A DNA stretch of 64,000 nt, taken from contig JBNGIO010005486.1 in assembly GCA_049999805.1 (NCBI GenBank), positions 1 through 64,000 on the forward strand. Reading direction: 5' to 3'. The notes beneath the pieces were generated by a model, which was not told where the DNA came from, ran no database searches, and saw only the letters and a list, made by a program, of their open reading frames with translations. The stretch comes from Folioceros fuciformis. Its lineage: Eukaryota. The position numbers were made by a program, and so were the translations under genes. Below are positions 1-13,377 of this stretch, in pieces. Every line of letters begins with the position of its first letter. Position 1 is the first letter of the stretch.

Positions 1-681
1 GAGTGGTACAGCAGAGGTGATGGGGCTAGTCGGGGTGACGGTGCCAGCAGGCGGGATGGGGGAAGCACTGCTGCACATTCTCTTTACAGCAACATCGTCT
101 TTCCCATCGACCCAGAGGACTTCATTCATACGACCTTCTATACCTTCACCAGGGCCTCCCACCACAAGATGGTCCAATGTATCCGAGACAAGCACTACCC
201 AACGGCGGAGGAGATCCAGGAAGTGCTGGACCCCATCACCATGGCCAAGTGGCTCACAGAGGAGGGCAAGAAGTACAAGGATGCGAATACCTGCCACGCA
301 GGCACCTGGAGGCGGTTCCAGAATCTCTTCAATGCTCACGTGGACAAGGATAACAACGAGTTGCTGACTTTCAAGTATAATCCAGCCCCAGTGCTCCAGG
401 TGCCCCATGTCCATCAGTGGCCGGAGATTGTGCACAAGTATCACATCGACGAGAGCAACACACATTTCCCATGGAAGGCCACTTTTGAGAGGTTGAAGCA
501 GGTGTGGCACACCCAGCCCAGCAAGCACGGGCTGCCCATCGGATTCGTGCACCACTACATCACCAATTGCATTTGCTCCATAACCGCCATCGATTCCGGC
601 AAGCACATCATGTCGCTGAGGGGACACGTTGAACGGAGGGCCACCTTTCACGCCACTGTGGACTTCGCCTTCAAATTTTGA
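1..681 (+). CDS. 3' part of an unknown protein with an integrase-type HHCC zinc-binding-like motif (open at the window edge)
   Basis: Frame +1 is open from base 1 (EWYSRGDGASRGDGASRRDG...) to TGA 681. The segment IVHKYHIDESNTH...TFERLKQVW...GLPIGFVHHYITNCIC resembles the H-H-C-C integrase zinc-binding pattern. No DDE core follows before the stop. Confidence 0.45.
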   Translation, partial: EWYSRGDGASRGDGASRRDGGSTAAHSLYSNIVFPIDPEDFIHTTFYTFTRASHHKMVQCIRDKHYPTAEEIQEVLDPITMAKWLTEEGKKYKDANTCHAGTWRRFQNLFNAHVDKDNNELLTFKYNPAPVLQVPHVHQWPEIVHKYHIDESNTHFPWKATFERLKQVWHTQPSKHGLPIGFVHHYITNCICSITAIDSGKHIMSLRGHVERRATFHATVDFAFKF

Positions 682-1747
682 TGACTTCTGGGTCCTTGTT
701 GAGCTCTTTGGACATTCCTTCAGGACGACAGGCCCTCACTGTGGACTCTGGCCTTGACAGCTGGAGCTGGGACTGTCGGGTTCTGCTCTGAAACTGACCA
801 ACCCTCCGCAATCTCGGCACATAACATGCCTCTGGAATTATCCACACCAGTGCAGGCTGGGTCTTCCTCATGATGACTCCGGTGGTGGCTTGCAGGCTGC
901 TCTACAACTACCAGCTAGGCCAGTGATCAGTGATCGGTGAATCCTTGATTCTAGAAACCTCAGCTTTTCCTGCTTGATGCCCTCGTCTCCCGCTGCTGTG
1001 AGCTTCCCAGCGTTGTTTTTTTTGTTCTCTGTGGTCGGCGGTACAGTAGTTTTGTGTTCACTTTCCGAGGTGGACCTTGCCGTCCAGAATCTGCAGCTGC
1101 TGAAGCAGCTCCAACCGGCCCTTCACAGCAATCGGACCAAAAGCCTTAGCTACTCCACATCTTGTGAAATGGAGCCAGGGAAAGATGCGTAATTTTTTAC
1201 GCTTACATCTCACCTCAATTTCCCTGAAATAATTTCTCAAAATTTGGAGCCAATTTTGAAAAATACCAGAGAATTGGCAACCTTTTACCCGCTGCCAATG
1301 CCCGTGTTTAAGCCTTGAGGAGCGTTAGCTCGATCCTTAACTTTAGGACTTAAATGAGCTATAAAGTACGTTCTTATGGGGACACTATATTGCTCTTTTG
1401 TCTGTGATTCGAATGACTAATGATTCTACATTCTACTGTTATTGATATATTGCAATCAAAACGGAAGTTCCGTCCATTAAAAGGGTTATTTTGGTGGGGC
1501 CACCAAGTTCCAACATCATTCGCTTCAATGTAAGCACAACCTATGGTAATAGCACACCAGCAGAAAAATAAGTCTCCAAGAGTGGAACTTGGAGATGTAG
1601 GTCTACTTGATTTTGTGTTTAATCAGGATTTTTCGAACAAGGTTTCGAGTGCAGCTCCAGCTACCCTGAGAGGCCCCATTTCATGCCCTGCGTGATGCAC
1701 GCAAGGTGACCTGGGCAGTGGAGGGTGGTGGTCGACAGTGCGAAGAC

Positions 1748-4700
1748 ATGGAAGTCGCTAGTATGACAGCCCACAAGAAGCCTCGGGTCACGGAGGATGG
1801 GGCGCCGCCTCCCGAGTCTTTGCTTGGTCTGCCGCCAGGCAAGTCTATCACCGTCAATGAGCTGCAAAGGGACAGGCTTACCAGGATTGCAGAAACGAAC
1901 TGGTCGGTCACCTTAGTCCCGAGGGCCCCTTTCAATCCCTCGCTGGTTGTGGATATCTACCGCACGGAGCTCGATCCTTCAGTTGGCAACAAGCCGGTTC
2001 CACTTCAAAGGGTTATGGTTCTAGAGATTAGCCAGTATCTAGAGAATTATCTTTGGCCTCACTTTGATGCAGCCAATGCCTCCTTCGAGCATACAATGTC
2101 AATCATACTGATGGTAAATGAAAAGGTAAGGACGGAATACAGTGCATCTTTATTCTCTGCGCGTTCCCCGCGAACTTGCCCTGATTTTCTCTCCATTACG
2201 CATGGATGTACAGTTTCGAGAGAATGTACCAGCTTGGGGATGTTTTCACCACAGGGAGGACGTTTTCCCATCCTTCTTTTCATGTGTTCTGTCTTTGAAA
2301 GATCAGGTTGGTCCCTCGATGGCTTGTCTCATTTGCTTGCCTTCTATGATGCCTTTCTGCCGAATATGGATGTCTGATACCTGACCTCGGCAGGTGGAGC
2401 ACACCTTCAGCATCAGGGAGAAGACAAACTATTTGCTTTTTATGATTCACTGCTTTCAGAGCCTGGAGGATGAGATGGTGCGGAAGCCAGTCCTGAAGTT
2501 GGTGTCCATTGAGCTGTGGCACAATCTCTCTCCAGGCCGTTTGAAAATGGAGCTGCTGGCAGATCTCACGGACCCTGACGTGGGCCCACAGTCGCAGCTT
2601 TTAGGTCGATGGAAGAAAATTTTGAAGAAGAGTCGTTCTTCTTCTGCAGTTGATCCGTGCCAGAAGCTGGAGGTTCGGTTCCTGCCCTCTCTGATCGCAG
2701 AGTTTCTGGAGATCCTGGACTCCAATGTTTTTGTAGCAAGCACGACGGAGTTAGGCAGCCAGGTATATGAGCAAAGGGGAGAGAATGAGCTTGTGGTGGA
2801 TGCTGCAGCTCTTCTTTACTGTGAACGGTTTATGGAGTTTCTGATTGATCTGCTTAGTCAGCTTGGCACCCGAAGGTCAGTCCGAGCTCTAGTTGAGGAC
2901 AAAGCGGTTTTAGTGAAGTGCAGAATGAGTCAACTCTACACCCATCCCCAGGGCTCTCTGTTCTCACAGCTAGTTGATTTGCTACGTTTTTATCAAGGAT
3001 TTGAGATCAATGAACGGACAGGTTCACAATTAAGTGATGAGGACATCCTGCGAATGCATCATTCTCGCTTGCAATCTCTTCAGCTTCTCGTATTCAAGCA
3101 AGTGCCCCAGGTTTGGGTCCTCTCACGTGCGTTCTCCTCTAGTGACTGTTAAGCCTGTCTATATGTTTTGACGTGGTGCTGATGTCGGTCGTGGTGCAGT
3201 TACGAGAGCTGGCCCTCACTAATGTGGGGTCAATAGAGAAACGAGCCGTTTTGGCAAAGAAATTGTATGGCCTTCCTGTTGAAGAGCTCAAAGATCTGGT
3301 GTTTCAGAAGGTTTGTGTCTTCACTTAGCTCCTGATCCCTACTTTTTCTTTATGGCTTCACAATGTCTTCTTTGTCTTGTGTGAAGTGGTTTATGGGTTA
3401 CTTCCATCCGTTTAATTTGCAACTTTCTGACAATGACTTTGGATCTCCAGCTGGAGCTGCTGTCACCACAGGATCCATGGGCACACAGAGTCGATTTTTT
3501 GGTGGAGGTATTGGTTTCCACGTTTGAGAGGAGGCAGTCTCAAAGGGAAGCTATTAATGCTCTTCCTTTGTATCCAAATGAACGTGTTATGTGGGATGAG
3601 AGTCTCGTACCGAGTGTTAACTACACTGGTGAGGGATGCCTAGCTCTTCCAAAGCTCAATCTGCAATTTCTGACACTTCATGATTATCTTCTACGAAATT
3701 TCAATCTCTTCCGGTTGGAGTCGACATATGAAATCAGGGAGAACGTCAATGAGGTTCTGAAGCACCTGGTTGCGTACATCAATGAGGAAGGGGACACTAA
3801 GTTCAAAGGCTGGGCACGAATGGCTGTCCCAATTCGACATTTCCGAATTGCGGAAGTGAAGCAGCCTGACCTCGGGGAGAACAAGCCGTCAGTGGTAACT
3901 GCAGAGGTCACATTTAGCATCGGCTCTTATCGAGGTCCTGTAAGGTCTGAGTGGGATGAGCTTAAAGAGCATGACGTCCTTTTCTTGCTGTCTCTTCAAC
4001 CACCGCCTATGCAGCTTGATGAGGAAGTTGCTGCAGGAATGAGTCTGACAGAAAAGAGAGGGCTGCTTTATGTGCGAGGGTGTGAAATTATCGAAATGCA
4101 TGATGAAGCTGGGTACCTTATGAATGACTTCACCGGGAGAGTGAAAAGGGAGGAATGGAAACCGCCGAAGGGGGAGGTCCGGACTGCTATTGTAGCTCTT
4201 GATACCGCTCAATATCAGATGGATGTTGATGCAATGACAGAGAAGCAGTCTGAGGACGTGTACAAGACATTCAATGTGTTGATGAGAAGAAAACCGAAGG
4301 AGAACAACTTCAAGGCAATCTTGGAATCAATCCGTGACTTGATGAATGAGGACTGCATTGTCCCTGACTGGCTTTTAAACATATTTCTGGGCTATGGTGA
4401 TCCAGGCGCTGCTCAATGGCGCAACATGCCAGATCAGCTTGATGTTGTTGACTTCAAAGATACATTCCTTGATGCTCAGCACTTGCGGGATAGTTTTCCT
4501 TCATGGGAGGTGAGTTATCTTCCGAAGCTAGCAATCCACATAAGCTAATGGGTTCACTTGTCTTAGTTGGACTTTATACAGAGTAAACCCGAGGTCGTCA
4601 ATGGTGGGTTAACTTGTCTGGTTTTTACTCCTGATGATGCTATTCATGTTATTTGTCAACAGGTGCAGTTCGTTAATCCCGATGGAGAAGAGGATAGTAC

Positions 4701-7406
4701 TCCCAAACCACCATTTCGTGTGACACTGCCCAAGGGTAACCAGTTTTCGGGGTCAAAGATGAAGGGAGCAGGGAAAAGGAAACAGGTTAGCAGTGGTGAG
4801 GCAGGCGTAACAGAAAGGGGCATCGTACTTGTAGAATCTTATGTGCCTCCAGATCCAGGACCCTACCCTCAAGACCAGCCCAGGAAAAACGCTGTGCTGT
4901 TTACGCCTGTTCAGGTATGAGTTTACTTTGTGCTGTGTTGTTGACTTTGCGATGGACAGATTCAATTACATCGTTAGTCTCTGCTGCTTTTGGACTCACG
5001 GATGGAATAGGTCTTCCTGGCAAAGGCTTACGGATGGAATATCTCTTGTTTAGCCAGGTTGATGCTATATTATCAGGAGTACAACCAGGACTGACCATGG
5101 TAGTTGGCCCTCCTGGCACGGGGAAGACAGATACTGCTGTGCAGATACTGAATGTTCTTTACCACAATTGTCCTTTGCAACGGACTTTGTTGATCACTCA
5201 TTCCAACCAAGCTTTGAACGACCTGTTCGAGAAAATTATGCAGGTAATTTGGCTGTAGAGTGCCCATCATCTTCTAGAGTGATATTTGCGAATTATTGCA
5301 TGCACTAGTCATATATAGTTATTGTTTTGCATTCCTACTGAAGTCGTTGAACCTTGTATCAGAGGGATGTTCCTGCACGATATTTGTTGCGACTTGGGCA
5401 AGGAGAACAGGAGCTTGAGACAGAGTTAGATTTCAGTCGTCAGGGAAGGGTAAACGCAATGCTTGCTCGGCGGCTCGAGCTTCTGGGTGAGGTTGAGCGA
5501 CTGGCGAAGACACTCCAAGTGCCTGAGGATGCTGCGTACACGTGTGAGACGGCTGCACACTTTTGGTTATTGCATGTACTTTCAAGATGGGAGGCTTTTC
5601 TGGCTGCCTGTGAAGCTGGTGCACAGAGCCCAGGCATGGTGATGGAGCAATTCCCATTTAAAGAATACTTTTCGAACGCTCCGAGACAGCTGTTCAATGG
5701 CTCATCTTATGCTCTCGATATGCGTTCAGCGGAGGGATGTTTCAAACATCTTCAGACCATGTTTCAAGAGCTTGAAGAGTGCAGAGCATTCGAGCTGCTG
5801 AAGTCTACAGCAGACCGTGCGAACTACTTGATGGCAAAACAGGCCAAGATTGTGGCTATGACTTGTACTCATGCAGCTCTGAAAAGACGAGACTTTTTGA
5901 AACTTGGCTTCAAATATGACAATCTGCTTATGGAAGAAAGTGCACAAATACTGGAGATTGAAACTTTCATCCCATTACTACTGCAGAGACAGCAAGATGG
6001 TGCGTCTCGGTTGAAAAGGTTTATCATGATCGGTGATCACCATCAACTGCCACCCGTGGTCAAGAACATGGCATTCCAGAAGTACAGTCACATGGATCAA
6101 AGTCTGTTCACGAGGTTTGTGCGACTTGGTGTGCCGTATGTGGAGCTTAATGCGCAGGGTAGAGCAAGGCCCTGTATTTCCAAGCTTTACAATTGGCGCT
6201 ACCGGAATCTAGGGGACCTGCCTTATGTGAAGGAGGAAAGGGCTTTCAATCTGGCAAATTCCGGGTTCGCATATGACTACCAGCTCATAGATGTTCCTGA
6301 TTTTGAAGGGCATGGGGAGTCTGAACCCAGCCCTTGGTTCTATCAGAATTTAGGAGAGGCAGAGTATGTCGTGAGTGTCTTCCAGTATATGCGGCTCTTG
6401 GGCTATCCAGCTAACAAGATATCCATTCTCACTACATACAACGGCCAAAAGAGTTTGATCAGGGATGTGGTTGAGAGAAGGTGTGCCAGGCATCCTTTGT
6501 TTGGCAAGCCGAGCAAGGTAAGGAAATAGTTTGTGGAATTCTAGTTCTGTCCCTCTGAGGCATTCTTACGGAACTGTTTGGCTTTGCAGATCACAACTGT
6601 GGACAGGTTTCAGGGACAGCAGAACGATTATATTTTGCTGTCTTTGGTTCGTACTCGGGTGGTCGGTCACCTTAGAGATGTACGAAGACTTGTGGTGGCC
6701 ATGTCCCGTGCCCGCTTGGGGTTGTATGTTTTCTGTAGACGCTCGTTGTTTGAGCAATGTTATGAGCTCCAGCCAACTTTTCAGCTGCTGCTCGCGCGCC
6801 CTGACAGACTGGCACTTGTGCTGGAAGAGAATTCTAGTCCGACCTCGAGAGTTGTCACGGACACGGGTGTGCCATACTTTGTCAGTGGCTTACAAGAGAT
6901 GGCAGCGGTTGTCTCTAACAAGTTCAACTATCAGGTGGGTTTGTCATCCCAGAAACTTCCACTCTTTCCAGACGTTAGTCGTCATGTTATAACGTGGGAT
7001 CTGAGCTTGATGTGTGCTGCAGGCGGAGATGGCTCGGTACCGAACTGCTCAAGCTAGCAATTGTTTTATAGATGAAGGTGCAGCGGATGCAGGTGGTGAG
7101 CCAAAAGCGAATGGCAGTTATGAAGATGATCTTGCCCCTGGTGTAGATTCAAGTAGCGTTCGGGATGCAGAGAAAGAGCAGGCCAGCAAGGAAACAAGGT
7201 CTCTTGCACCAATGGATGTTGACGCCGCTGATCCTGGTGGAGACACAGAGATGACTATTGCGCCGGAGGCAGAGGTAACTCAGTCTGTGGATGTAGTCTC
7301 AGGACCTGGGGTAGTAGATGGCGGCAGTGTGAGTCTGGGTGATGCAAAACTCGACTCTGGACCCTCCCACGTGGATGACAGTGGACCACATCCAGAACAG
7401 TCTTGA
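1748..7406 (+). CDS. AQR: Spliceosomal intron-binding RNA helicase Aquarius (multi-exon)
   Basis: Exons encode [48 protein letters not shown], the P-loop [36 protein letters not shown] and [15 protein letters not shown] introns link the ORF-track pieces. ATG 1748, TGA 7404-7406. Confidence 0.96.
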
Positions 7407-8204
7407 CAGAGGCGCCAGGGGAGCTAAGGGTTGATAATTGAATGGCTGTGGATGCTTCGTCATGGGGCCGACATCCGACGCAGTGCAGATGGAGAGGGGC
7501 CTCCCGTTGTGTGTCCAAAGGCCGGAAGTTGGAGGCCGGGTGTCCTTTCTGCGAATTCCGTGGGACTCCGCCTTGTTCAGCCTCCAAGGGACCGTGATTT
7601 CGAGCAGAGGCCGCCCTTTTTTAACAGGCGCTCGGTCGTGAAGATGATTTTGCGGCATGAGCCTGGTGTCACCTCCCTTTATTTCCAAGGCTCATCTGCA
7701 TCCGAGAGGTCCGTGGTTAAATAAGTTTGAACTGAGCGATCTGCCCTTTCTTTGTCCATTCGGTAGGATGAAACGTAATTTCTTCACCTGTCACCTAACC
7801 CTGGGTCACCTTTCACACGCAGTTTTGGTAGCCTTATCCATTTGCGGAGGTGGTTCCGGGAGGCAGCCCCACAACGGCTGCAGATTCCTGTCACGCGGAC
7901 TACCTTGCTTTTCTTCCCGTGCATTCCATCCTCCGCTAATGTTTGCTGTATTTGCATGCAACTACGGCTACTTTGCCGTGTTCCGTGCCTTGTTGTATGG
8001 TCTGTCCTCGGAAGTCTTCAACAAGTGACCGTCCTCCTCTGCCTCCTCTGTCGTATCAGCAAAGGGTGGGGTTGCAGGTTCTGCATGCTATTGAACGTCA
8101 TCCTTGCATAGACTTCGGTCCACCTGTGTGCTCTGCCGGGAGTGGTACCGGTCGAGCTTCCCTGCATATATCAATTTTTGTTCTGCGAGGACTGTGCTAC
8201 AAAG

Positions 8205-9609
8205 ATGATGCTCGCCATGTTTGTACTGGGGGTAGTTGGTGCGTCCCGCAAACCCTACACAGGCCATACGTACTCCTGCCTTTGCCGATTGAGCCAAATG
8301 ACTTCCTGGAGAAGTTCGCGCATGTTGTTGAAGCGGGATGGAAACCCACCGGCGTTGATGTTTTTCGCTGATTTGTTGCAGGAAACATCACTTCCATGTT
8401 CTTGTTTCTCTCACCGACGTGCGTATCGTATCTTTACCAACAACCGATCTAGCTCCTACAGAACTTGTATTTCCAGCACATGAGTTTGTGATCAATAGGT
8501 GGTCTGCAGGAAAGAAATAGCGTGTCTGGAAGCAATCAGTAGCCTGCTTGAATCTTCCATCAAGCCAATAACATTTCAATATTTCAGGCCGACTTTCTTG
8601 AGAGTCTTGAAAACAAGAAGCACCGGAGAATACTCAGCTGTACCATACGTTTGCACACTGCTGAATTGCCTGCTATGGTTGCTGTACGGAGCGGTGAAAT
8701 CTCTCACTTTGGTTCTCACCATCAACGGAGCTGGCCTTTTACTGGAGGCCATGTACCTGATCATCTTCTCGGCTCTTGCTCCCAAGAAGAGCAAGGTACA
8801 TCAATCATCTCGACGTTCAAATTCCCGCCCATCTTTTCCCATCACATCAGCGAACAATAATAAGCGAGCCTCACGCATCGACCTGGTTTCTTTGTATGCA
8901 GCTTCATGTCTTCTACATGCTCGTGGCCGTGTCAGTGTTCTACGCGATTCTGGTTCTGGTGGTGGTGTTTGCTTTGCCCAGTAACTCACAAGGTGTAGTT
9001 GTAGGATCCATTTGCGTTATTATTGGGACCTTGATGTATGCGTCACCTCTCGCAGCTATGGTAAGCCGCTATCTCGATTCTCACGTTCAATACCATGCTC
9101 AGTACACAACTCCACTACTGTTGCAAACAGCTCACGCACGTTCTTGTTTCTGCCAGAAACTGGTGGTGAAGACGAAGAGCGTGCAGTACATGCCCTTTCT
9201 CTTGTCCCTGGCTTCCTTCCTCAATGGTTCCCTGTGGACAGCGTATGGATGCTTTGCAGCAGATGTGTTCATCATCGTAAGATGCTCCCTTGCCTTCCCT
9301 CGGCAATTACAGCGCAGCGAGAAACATTTCGTCTCCATACTGACATTTGTTTCTTCTGAGTTGCAGCTTCCCAATGGTCTGGGAACCGTATTAGGTGGAG
9401 TTCAGCTCGTGCTTTGGGCATACTACAAAAAGTACGGAGTCAAAGGCGGCATTGGCGAGGAGGAGGCCGTCCCTCACGATCCGGAGCTTTGTGTTATCGA
9501 GTTCGACGAAAAGAAGATAATCATCAGCCCGGTCAACGCTGACCCAGAAAGGGCGCCTTCTCCTTCTCTTCCTCCGGAAACACGGGAAGCACCTGAGCCA
9601 GAGAGCTAA
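8205..9609 (+). CDS. SWEET: SWEET/MtN3 sugar transporter (multi-exon)
   Basis: Exons MMLAMFVLGVV / GNITSMFLFLSP / PTFLRVLKTRSTGEYSAVPYVCTLLNCLLWLLYG / MYASPLAAM / KLVVKTKSVQYMPFLLSL / PNGLGTVLGGVQLVLW give two MtN3 repeats with the typical SWEET intron pattern. Confidence 0.93.
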
Positions 9610-10076
9610 GCGGGAGGTGCTTAGCTCCTGCGATTTGAGAGGAACGTCTCGTTTCTTGGTTGCCATCCGCTTTCTTCAGAACAAGGTGGTGTCAAATTCA
9701 TGACCAGAGGACGCTGCAGAAGTGCGGGCTCCAGGTGAGCAGTTATCAACTCACGCAACTTGTGTAAGCGCACGAACTTTGGTGCCCCCTCTGACATCTT
9801 TTACGACGAAGGGACCTGAAGCAACATGGAGATTTTTGCAACGCCATCCTGTCTTCCGTGCACCTGGCGCTATGAAGGCCTCGTATCATGTAACACTAAA
9901 CAAAATCCTGTCGTTTGCCACAAGCGGGATTTGACATTTTACATTTTTTTAATAATTGATACAGCTCCCACAAAGAGAGAGAAGGATGAAATACATCTGG
10001 GATCACTGAATGTGGTAATTAATACATAAAAAAAGAATGACGACGGCCATTTGGCCTTTCAAGTTCCCCTGTGAAC

Positions 10077-12435
10077 CTACTGAACAGAAAATTTTTGAAA
10101 ACCTCCCACTCCACCGCCCCTGGGCTTCTTGGACCTGGACCAGCTGCTCTCGTTTTGGATGACTTCCACATTAAGCGCCCCTTCAATCAGTCGTTCTGCT
10201 GTAGGCGCCATCTCTTGGACGTACTCAATAGACTCTGATAATCTTGATAGCAGGTTGAACAGGGCAATGACCTCATTACGCTGGAGATGCAGCTGCCAAG
10301 CACATTGGAAGAGTGAGAAACTGTAAACAGAGGAAGGTGGTAGCAGATTTCACATTACAGACAGGCTCACCTCGGTGCTGCGTAGAGTATGAGGCTCATT
10401 GTCCGCTGCAAACAAGATCTTCAGAGCCGTACCCAAACCTAGCACCTGTAGCTTACCCCACAGCCTACATTTCTCACAACCTACACAGTCCATCAAGGCA
10501 CTGCACAAATGGCAAGTCAGTGCATGACGAAAACAAACGCTGCAAATATGATGTGCCCGAGACCAAGGTATGAACCACACCTTATATTTCGAAAATGCTG
10601 TTGAATCTGCCCTTTCAGTTCAGCCCCATCGGCACCTTTCCACATCTGAGCCTCATTGAACGGAAGTGGACATGCCGACCTCAGCTCCTCACTTTCGAGA
10701 AACTCTACAACCATCTGGTGTGTGGTTGCATCCTCCACCGGGTCCCCAGTGCTGTACTCAGCTTGCGACAGAAAGTCACCAGCCTATAACAATAAGAACA
10801 ATAGAGTGAGACATTATGTAGGAATACGTTGTAAAAAGTGTGTTGAACAAACATTTCGCCGTCAGAAGATACAGTACCAAACGATCCACAAACGTTTGTG
10901 AACAAGAACCACTTCTCACCTTCATGATGGCTCTAAGCACAAAAAGATAAGTGAAATACAAATTTTTTATCCGCCAGGGATACTGCAGTACTCGCTCATA
11001 CAATAAGACTGGGTTGGGTCCCCACTGAACAGAAAAAATATGAACATGAGCAATTGAGAAGAAGCGCAGACATCTACGAAAAGATCATAAAAAACTTTGC
11101 AAACAATCCTTAACCTACTTTGTCCGTTGGCTCATCAAGAAGGTAGTCAGCAGCAATGTGTGTGGAGATCGATGTGTGAAGTCCTGAAATAAGGCGGAAA
11201 AACACTCGCCTTTCTGTGCAAGTATCTTCTGACTCATCTGATCAAGCAGAATGCAATAGCTGATGAGCCTACTGACGTACATGATTTTCTTTTGAACGTG
11301 TAACAAGCTTACTCACCGTAGAAGCAGTTCTCCTCGTATATAGCATTCCATATTCTGCGTGCAGAGGGTCCTGTGTAGCCCGTGTATCTTTCAGGATTAC
11401 GAAGCAGATTCACGTAAGTCATTTCCCCTGTGTATCAGGCACACAGGATGGCGGTTAGCAAATCAATCCAGACAACAAGCAACAGCAACGGCATAAAACT
11501 CAGATAGATGAACCACAAATACATGACATAATAACATTGCACGGTTCAGGAGATCACCATTGTCAGTTTCATCGTCAAAGGTCCAGGGATTGTCCACTTC
11601 CATCCACCGCTTGAATGCAACATTGTCAAGAGTCCGATCGACTGTACCCTGTGGTTTGCCTTCTTGACACACAGTGTCCTCTGTTGAGAGGTGCCCCTTA
11701 TTCCCCTTGAAAGATTCAGGGAACTCATTGTCTGGACATTCACAGACACTGCAGTCCCTCAGACGGCACATGCCATCATCCGGCCAGAAAAGACAGTCAC
11801 ACCATAGTCGTACCTGATTCATGGCGAGACACCGTTACCTAGCCTGCTCGTAGCAAAGAAAACATCCACCACGACAAAGGAAGGCAAATCTTACCTTAAA
11901 GTATCGAAAAAAAGGTTTTGTGACTAGTTCACGAAGGATAGGGCGAATCACATCATAATTCAACTTAGTAACAGTCTGATAGTCGCAACAGCAGTCCTCG
12001 ACAACTCCGGTTAAATTCTGAAGTTGCTGGAAACAGACAGGCACCAAACAATCAAACTACAAATTTCCAAAAGCAATACACAATTATGAGCCTGAAGCCT
12101 GCAAGTTGGATCCAAACCCTAGCTCCTATCCTTTGACCGGGATTTTTGAGTAGCTGGCTCACACAACAAGGTAAACGACTGGATGTTGATGTACTGTGAA
12201 ACAATCTGGCAAACGTAAGGTGGCGCTACGCGGAGGAAACTGAAACTCGATTCAGTACCTTACAGACGCAAGGCGGATCAGAAACGGTTGAAGCCTTAAG
12301 AATAGGATTAAAAAGCGGATGACGTGCGCCAGCCCACGCTATCGCGAGCACGGCCGCCAAGGTGCTGACTACAATGAAAGGCCGCAATTTGCAGGGCGTA
12401 CTCCAGTTGCTCACAGCCACATTTTCCCTCGCCAT
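10077..12435 (-). CDS. ERO1: Endoplasmic reticulum oxidoreductin 1 (multi-exon)
   Basis: N-terminal hydrophobic anchor, then [28 protein letters not shown], the active site [16 protein letters not shown] (CxxCxxC) and [20 protein letters not shown]. Stop TAG at 10077-10079. Confidence 0.95.
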
Positions 12436-13377
12436 CTCTCGTCTCCACCAATAATTGCAGTAGCAGCATATGCGGTCCAATTCGCGCTCCAAGCTCTCAA
12501 GAACAGGTTATCCACAAATGCAACCGATCACAACACGCACGACACTACTCGGGCATCCAAAGCCACACCTCCAGCTGGCCGCAGGAAGCAGAAGCGGAGC
12601 CAGACCAAAAGCGCCGCCCGATCCTCAGCTCGCCAGACCACTTCCAACCAGCCAGCGGTGCTCACCACTCGGCCCGGCTCAGCTCCCGCGACGGGACCTA
12701 GCCGAGTCTTCCATCTGCTGGCCTCACGCATCGCGGAAACAGACGTGATCCACAACTAACAGAGGAACACGTCTTCCGCAGACCAAGCGTCGAGGAAAGA
12801 GCGATCTCGATGCACCGCAAGAGGCAGCGACTGAACCCATTGACGCTGCCTCGGGAGTGCCGCGTCACGACTGAAGTTTACATTGTTTACATTGTTGCGT
12901 TTGTGGCCTGCTCCGTCCGTCCTTTATATACCGTATGCGGCTGTTGTCGATGAACCGTTTACCATTTTAGTAAGTGTTTTTCATTATGACTATTTTACAT
13001 ACCGGGTCAGTCTTCCCGTCATGCCCAAAGTTGTTATGAACCAAAGTTCTAGTAGCCCAAAATGACGGGCAACCCGGGACGATCCCGGGCTTGACCAGCG
13101 TATGGATTCACCTTTTGGTGGGTCCAACTGCCCAGAGTTAAAATCGCCGACACGGTCCGTCCGTCGCCCGTTTACATACACATCCACATCGTAGGTAGAC
13201 CAAGCTCTGCATCGTCCAAAGGGCAGCCCACGTGGCGCCCGTGAACAGCTCACGTGACGTCACCTCTTATTAATTTTACTGCTACTGAACAGGAAAATCT
13301 AAAATTATATATGTACCTACGATTGCTGGTCAAACTGATACCAAAATGTCAGCTTACCAGAATTTATAAAACACAAG

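Noticed and set aside
7431-8111. Short ORFs between AQR and SWEET, and similar ones at 38825-39336 and 59847-60983
   Set aside because: No motifs or consistent splice structure. Probably UTR or promoter sequence.
13060-13265. ACGT-core motifs upstream of ERO1 as unfolded-protein-response elements
   Set aside because: CACGTG and TGACGT are present, but no exact ERSE (CCAAT-N9-CCACG) was found, so the evidence is too weak.
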